Below, piece after piece: positions 56,591 to 64,000 of a DNA stretch of 64,000 nt. The translations under genes were made by a program, and so were the position numbers. Below the pieces are notes generated by a model. It did not search any database. It worked only from the letters and a program-made list of their open reading frames with translations, and had not been told where the DNA came from. The stretch covers positions 1,551,498-1,615,497 of the forward strand of contig MU058037.1 in the NCBI GenBank assembly GCA_013265495.1, read 5' to 3'. Within the stretch, counting starts at the first letter, position 1, and the number at the start of each line of letters is the position of its first letter. This DNA is from Vicugna vicugna. Its lineage: Eukaryota.

Positions 56591-58335
56591 AAGAGAAACT
56601 GATGCATAAAATAGTTACCATGAGTCACTTAAAACCTAAGTCAATTTCAGAGCAAAAACTGGAAACAAGATCCTCCAATCATCATTCTGTGTCATTTTTA
56701 ATATTATAGAATATTCCTGTGATGCAAAGATGTGCTTATATACTCTAATAGTATTTAAATATCACCAATTCATACAGATTTTATTAGTTCACTTGAAGTC
56801 TTTTAAAGACTTTCATATTTAATAGACTTGAGAATCTTCGCTCCGCAGAGAGTTATTTTTAACAATTTTATTTTTCATTAGAGACTAATTTCTATCCTTT
56901 TAAAATTGACCAACTGTAAATATAGGTCCAACTATCCAACAGATACTATATTCGTTAAGGTCACATTGCAGATATGGAGGCAGCATGAACGTGTGAAGAG
57001 CGAGAAGCTGCCTGTCTACTGAAGCAGCAGCTTTATCCCACTGCCCAAATCCTCATCGTAGGGGACAAAAAACTTCAGTCAGGACAATCACTTTGTATAG
57101 TTTCTAGTAATGAGAACTTACTCATCATCAAAACTGTCAGAGTGTGGAAAGGCTGTGTTGATTACCATCATTCTGCGTTATTATTAACTTTACACCCAAC
57201 ACGATTAAGTTTTCAAACTTTCATTAACTTTTATTCACTTAGATAATGAACTCATTGAAGAAACATCATAACTTTAATTATCAGTGTTCAGGAGTCTCCT
57301 CGAAATATCCCAAACTTCTCAGTTAATTCAAATCCAAAACTGAAATAATGTCTGCCTTAAGATTAGTCACTGAGAAAGATCAGACTTTTCACACTAGTCT
57401 TATCCTCAAAATACAGCCTTTTTTTTGTTTGTTTCTTTTATGACTAGAACATGCAAAACCAAATTTCGTTAAAAGGTATAGCAGGAAATAATTACTCACG
57501 CTGAAGAGTTAGTGAGCTATAAGTAGAATATTTACAAGAAAACCCATTTTTCTCAAATGAGGATTATTAATGAATAATCAATTATTTTAATTTTAACTTC
57601 ATTAAAAAAAAGCCATACCCTTTATTTGGTAGTGATAGAACAAAGTGGACCAAATGAGACAGATAATAGTTCAAAATAAAAAAAAATATGATGTTCATTT
57701 TCCATGTAAGATTAAGAAAAATTGCCCTGGAAAATCTACCATAGGCACAGAATGTCACTGTCTTTCTCAGCCTAGAAAGGGATTCGTGAGGTTCATAGAA
57801 CAAAAATTTTTATAAACTTATTTAGTTAAGTGCAATAGTTTTAAAACTTAAACTACAGTCCTCTTATGGGAAATGAAGAGCCAATTCAGCTATTAAAAGT
57901 TTTTAAAAATCGACATTTAAAATAAACCAGTCTGTCAGACATTTTAATGAACAAACCAATGTTAAAGTAGATGAATGCACGTGTGCTGTTACAAAACATA
58001 GGTATCGGGTAATCTGATAATTGTAAAATGACACTTAAAAATTGTATCAATAAAAGGTTGAATTTGTACGCACTATCACTTTAATTTCTATTCCAAAATC
58101 ATCCCAGTTCATGGGATAATATTATCCTGCACTTCTCCATAAAGAAATGCACATCTAACCTCAGCCACCACCAATATTTCCTCATGTTCTTTTAAACTAT
58201 ACCTTACATTCCTTCAGATAATTAAGAAAAATAGTCATTCAGTTATTTTTTAAAAGGCTATTCAATTATTTTGTACAGAAACAAGCATTTCATTTCATTG
58301 GTATTCTTTTAAAGCTTTAGCCAATCTTTATATTA

Positions 58336-58440
<105 letters not shown>

Positions 58441-59794
58441 CTAAATTTAACATAAAGGAAATGATAAAGAACATACGTTTTATCAGTCATTTCCTCTCTG
58501 TGGAAACACTATAGCAAGTCTAAGTCTTTAAAATAGATCAAATATTTATAATCTTCAAGACATTAAACTAATGAAAACAGCTACTAAAATTAATATACTG
58601 TTTGTATTCTATGTGTAACTAGAGACAGAAAGTAGAAATGCAAAACAACATATAGATGTTTATGTTATAAAAGACCAATATGTTTTTGAGAGCATTAAGG
58701 GAAAATGTAATTGGTATTAATCTTTGCAAACTTTATACAGACAACCCTCTTGGGCTCTACCACACAACTGGTTTAAAAATATATTTCAAAACAATCTTTT
58801 AAATTTTTATCTTTTGCATTTAATACAAATATTCATATTAATATCAGCAAACAAATATTTTCAAGTACATGTTAATGATCAGCACCAAAGCTTAGGCAAC
58901 CGATGATTAAATTGCTAATTTATTTCATCATTAATGTCATCAATCCTGAATAAATGAGAAAAGCAAATTAAAAGATGGACAGCCATTAGTGCAAAGTTGC
59001 ATTACACAACATTCTTTCTCTAAATGTCTAATTACAAGAGTATCTTACTTCTTATGTTTCATAAAGCGTAATATATTGGCAAACAAAACCACACTAAATA
59101 AATTAAAATGCCAACATTTCTACAGGATGTAACAATATTATGATTTTTTTCTTTATTTCCCAAAGTGATTAAAAACAAAAACAAACAAGCAACATTCACA
59201 AGTTTTATGAAGTGTTTAGGAAACTAAAATGAGATTTAAGATAGAAATTTTATAATATTATAGATATACATAATGAATTTAAAATATTATTCTTTATCTC
59301 CCCTCTAGTGACTACTGATTGACTATGCATATTATTACACATTTTAATAACATGCACACAGACTCTTGAATATACATATTTGTTTTTACGAAAATTTTTT
59401 GTGCATTTTATGTGCATTAATTTATCTATCAAATACAACTACAAATACTGTAATACTCTTCATGAGTATCTACTGAAAGCTAAAGAAGAATGATACGTTG
59501 ATGGAATCTGCAAACTAAAATGCTACTTTTAAGAACTGGAATAGGATTTACTTTAAAAGTGATTTCCAGTTCCTTTAGTTTTTATTCATTTCCAGTTTCC
59601 AAAACAAAGAAGTCTTGAAACAATATTAACCTCAATTCAGCACATTTAAAAATTCACAATAAAATTATTTGCCATAGGCTAGAATCCAAGATTAGATGAT
59701 ATTCCAGGGAATTCCAGTTACTAAAGTAATAACACAAGCATACTGTTTAGAAGGTAGTTCAGCTAGGATGTGAACCCAACCCTTAGAATGGTGT

Positions 59795-59823
59795 AACAAC
59801 AACAACAACAACAACAACAACAA
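59795..59823. repeat. (AAC)9 microsatellite
   Basis: Directly visible perfect trinucleotide run. Confidence 0.95.
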
Positions 59824-61234
59824 AACCCTCAAGTATTTATTTCACAGCACCTATCACATCAGACAAGTACCATGTAACATTTCTGAAAAATTTGTAAATA
59901 GAGCTGTAACTATAGAGTCAGCCCCTGAGCTATATGGCTCACAACTGATCTTTTTAAAGGAGAGTATGAAAAAAAAAAAAATCAAGCCAATGGCTCTAAG
60001 TCACGATGTAAAAGAAAATGACAATTGGTATATAAAGTTCAAAGAAACTGAAACAACTTTTTACACAGGTAAGTAAAACAGGGAATAAGTCACAGAAAGT
60101 ATAGACTTTCAGTGTTAAAAGGGATCCTAGAGATATTTTATCCAAACCTCTTCACTTTACATAGAAGAAAACACGTTAGTGAGCAGCTTTAAGACTTAAC
60201 ACATATCTGCTAATGATAAATGACTAAGGGTACCAAAAATAGTAAAACGTTTTCCAGAAAAAAGAATTAAATGATGAACTGTTAATATATAGTTCTTATC
60301 TGAACTATTCACAAATCAATCTTTCTTTGGTCACTCATCCATTTATCAAATACTGAGTAATTAATATGAGCAAAATTAGTATGAGTTAAACTTTTTTTTT
60401 TATAGATTCCAGACAGTATAGAGAGAGATGTATTCATATCCATTCAAGATACAGTTAGTTCAAAATCACCATTTCCGTGATTCCTTCTCTGATTTCACTT
60501 GGCAGCATTTACTATTTTTTCCTTTGTCCATCTATGCAAATTTCACTACCTATTTACACAAATAAACCCTTATTTGTACTCCTTAGAGGCAGCAAGCCAT
60601 TTTAATTTAAAAATTCTTTCAATACCTAGCCCTAACCCTGGAACACAGTAGACATGAAGCAGAGGTTTGTTAAATGAATGATCAGAGGAATGTACATATA
60701 AAAGAGAATGATCAATCAGTGACAAGAGTATAGTTTACAGTACCTCACTTCATTTAAAAATGTTAAATAATTGACAATATGCATGCAACCAATACTCTTG
60801 ATCCCATATAAGTCTCATATTTAACACCAAATGTGAAGCTAGTACATGAATCCAATGTAATACATATTGTGTTTCACCCTTCACAAGAAACCAAGAGAAG
60901 CAGAGGGGGAAAAAAAATCAATAAATGACTAAAGCAAAATAGGTGAATTAGATGAAGAGAATGTCAACTTTTTAAAAAGAAAGGCTGGTAAAATGTTGAG
61001 ATCAATAATAGCTCGAGAGTAACTGATTTCACCTCAGTCTTCTTTGAAGGAACACAGCATAAACATGTAATTTGTCAGAATTTCTAAAAGAAAAAATTCA
61101 AAGCACAGCACTTGCTTAAGAGAGTGGGGTAGAAATCTGGGACAACCAAACGCAAGAATAATGACTTAATATGAAATTCAAATCTATTATACTGATTGTG
61201 TTAATGTCTAACACAATCACTTCCCATTTTTGTA

Positions 61235-61420
61235 GCTCTTTATAGCATAGTCTTTCACATTTACTAGCTTATTTGATTTTCATAACAACCTAATGAGGTA
61301 TATAGTGCAATGATATATTATCTTCAATTTATAGTTGAGGAAATTAAAGCAATGAGAGGGCAAATGAGTGGCCAAAAAATTACACTGCCATTAAGATGCA
61401 GAATAGGTTATAGGGACTCT
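61235..61420 (-). mobile_element. MIR SINE
   Basis: tttgattttcataacaacctaatgaggta...tttatagttgaggaaattaaagc. Confidence 0.7.
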
Positions 61421-61433
61421 GACCCACTGCTTG

Positions 61434-61616
61434 CAGTGGTTCTCAAACTGAAGCATGTCTCAGAATCATCTGTTAAAACAGAATCTCTTATTAAGAAATA
61501 GGCTGATCTCCAGAGTTTCTGATTCAGTAAGTCTGGTGTGGGGCATCTCTGAACACATTCCCAAGGGAGGCTGATGCTGCTGGTCCAGGTAGGGACGTTA
61601 CTGTGAAAACACGTTG
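61434..61616. mobile_element. MER5A-like hAT-Charlie element
   Basis: cagtggttctcaaact...cagaatcatctg...ccagagtttctgattcagtaagtctgg...gctgatgctgctggtcc. Confidence 0.85.
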
Positions 61617-61979
61617 ATCTATTTATCATGCTGCCACTCCACTGAATTAAGCTGAATTATACTTCAAGTATTCCAAAAGCCTAACTCATCTGATGTTTTT
61701 ATCTTGTGTTGAGTTAAGTTTCTTAACAGAACTAAACTATTTGACAGATGGAAGTGTATTATTTTAGATGTCACAATAACTTGTCATGAATCAGAAAATA
61801 CTTAACAAAGATGAGTCTCTGCCTACAAACAGAAAACATCTGACTTACTTCAGGTAAACAGCTATTCTAAACTAACTAAAATGACTGAAATTCTCCCCAA
61901 ACTAGTACTTACTACCTCAGTATGTCTTTTTAGTTTTATCTCCCAATCTGTTCATGTCCTCAGAAGTTAACCTCAATTA

Positions 61980-62111
<132 letters not shown>

Positions 62112-63904
62112 CTAAGAAAAAACACAGCATCAGAAAAACAAGTGAAGCAAACTGAAATATTTTCAAGTTTATTGTAATTTCATTTACAAAAAAAATTGTC
62201 CTATCAAATTAAAATTGCCCCAGGGATGATTCCATGATCCAGCAAGGCTGTCTTTAAACTGGTAAGTTCCTACCTGAATGTTCTGGTTTCTAAAGTTTGC
62301 CTAAAGAAGCCTGTACTCAGCTTAACCAAATACTCGATAAGTTGATAATTGCCTATGAAACTTATAAAATGCAGCATGGCGATTCAATATCCTGAAGAAA
62401 GAACACACCTCACTCCCCTCGAAATCCATACCATATGTTCTATGACAAAATGAAAGTTACAAAGGGAAATTCAAATACTGGGATGTTATTAGCTTATTAT
62501 AATTGATAGATATTGCTCAATAAAAAGTAGGTTTCTACAGAACCACTTTAACTGCTGGAGACAGAAGAATGATAAAATACTGTTTATAAAAACCTTTTTT
62601 CTTCTGCTCTTTCGTGTTATCTTACATTTTCTATTTCTTATTGATAAAAGTTTTAATAATTACATCCAATCATCTCTATATCAATAATTAAGATGTAATG
62701 CATGGCAAATCTTCCTCCCAATAAAGAGGGTGAGATTCCGTTCTCCATTTAAATAAAGCCCTTTTAGAAAAAGCTTTAAAGTTTAAAGATTATCCAGAAA
62801 TCTTCAAACTGTGCAAGTTTTAAGAGCAAATGAAAGCTTTAAATTATGCATAGGGACAGGACATTAAAAAAAAAATCACAAGAAAGTGTTCACATTTTGA
62901 ATACTGAAATATTTTCATTTAAGTAAATCAGAAAAAAAATAAATGATTCAGTGAAGGCCTTTTTTCCTTGTGTGAGGAGAATTCTGTTACTTTAAATTCT
63001 CTTTGGGGAAAAAAAATCAGAGTTTTACTTCAAAAGTGCTTTGCATTTCAAAATACTGATTTTAAAAATTAAAAAATACTAATTTTAACAAATGTGAAGT
63101 CTAAAGTATAAGGGACTTAACAATAACTAACAACAGCATTTCAGAAAAAGCATTCATTGAAGCAATTATGTAAAGTAGACAACTACTATGCTAATTTCCC
63201 ATACCTTTATGTCAATTATAAATTTAGATACTTGAATGTACATGTGTTTTCATTGAAAATAAGTAAGAAAAACAAGAAGCAGTAAGTTCATGGTATGGAA
63301 CTATTAAGAAGTCATTGGGTAGGTTTTAATTCTGAAAAGTCATTTCAATAATGTCATATGTCTAAGATGTTGGCATTAGTTCCAAAAATGGCCGAAGCTG
63401 GGTCTCTAGTGTGAAACAAAATGAATGCAATTTTGAAAGATGTTCATTTATCTGTGAATTCTAGTTTCTTATATGAAAGTTCACCAGTTTATACAAAATA
63501 CATAACTAATCTCAACAAAAGTACAAGTAGAATTAATTAAGAAATTGGCTAGTACTTCTTGGCTATAAACATGTGGTAATATTCAACTATATACTGGTGA
63601 CAACTGTATAAAATAGTTTTGAGGTTAATATTTATCACATTATTTATTGGAAGATAATATAATGGTGCTACTATAGAACCTAGAAGAGGACAAGATCCTT
63701 GCAATCTTTTCCCCCACAGGAATTAACAAAATGACATCAAATTAATAAAGGATCTTCAAGTACATTTGTAAGACCTAAACATTAAATTTTGTTTTGGTTT
63801 ACATAGAAGGATTATGAGAGGATTAAGTGGAAAAGGCCAATGAAAGAAGCAATATATATTGCTTGGACACACAAAACAATCATCACTCATCATTATTTAT
63901 CACC

Positions 63905-64000
63905 ATCATCACTAACATCTACTTGATAAAATGTGCTAGGGACTGTCATAAGTGTTTAACATTAATTTCACAGTAGTCTATGAGACATAAACTATCATTA
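63905..64000 (-). mobile_element. MIR SINE, cut by the window end
   Basis: ctaacatctacttga...atgtgctagggactgtcataagtgttt...ctatgaga. Confidence 0.6.

Noticed and set aside
57122..57133. 12-nt AG..GT segment (TTTTGATGATGA|gtaagt)
   Set aside because: Weak pyrimidine tract and an immediate stop. Indistinguishable from a chance pseudo-exon.

Overview
AT-rich, CpG-depleted eutherian mammal genomic DNA lying entirely inside CNKSR2 (CNK2/MAGUIN, a neuronal Ras-pathway scaffold, X-linked in eutherians), transcribed on the minus strand. Seven internal coding exons were reconstructed by hand (62052-62111, 58372-58440, 42766-42912, 32738-32871, 27800-28011, 12472-12561, 10662-10876; probably exons 7-13 by recalled human numbering). 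All have GT-AG ends and compatible phases, giving an uninterrupted 927-nt/309-codon frame that covers most of the PDZ domain and the following Pro/Ser-rich linker. Three of these exons are absent from the ORF track. Introns carry old repeats (MIR, L2, L3/CR1, L1M, MER5A, MER20, Charlie-type, an ERVL LTR), identified by eye with approximate boundaries. No primate, rodent, ruminant or carnivore SINEs were recognised. I found no new gene system. The best leads are candidate cassette exons in the introns: an in-frame 24-nt microexon (34481-34504), a 49-nt stop-containing exon with an exceptional 3' splice site (11908-11956), and an 82-nt stop-containing exon beside a GCAUG cluster (39260-39341). 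These are sequence-only predictions and need RNA-seq or conservation support.
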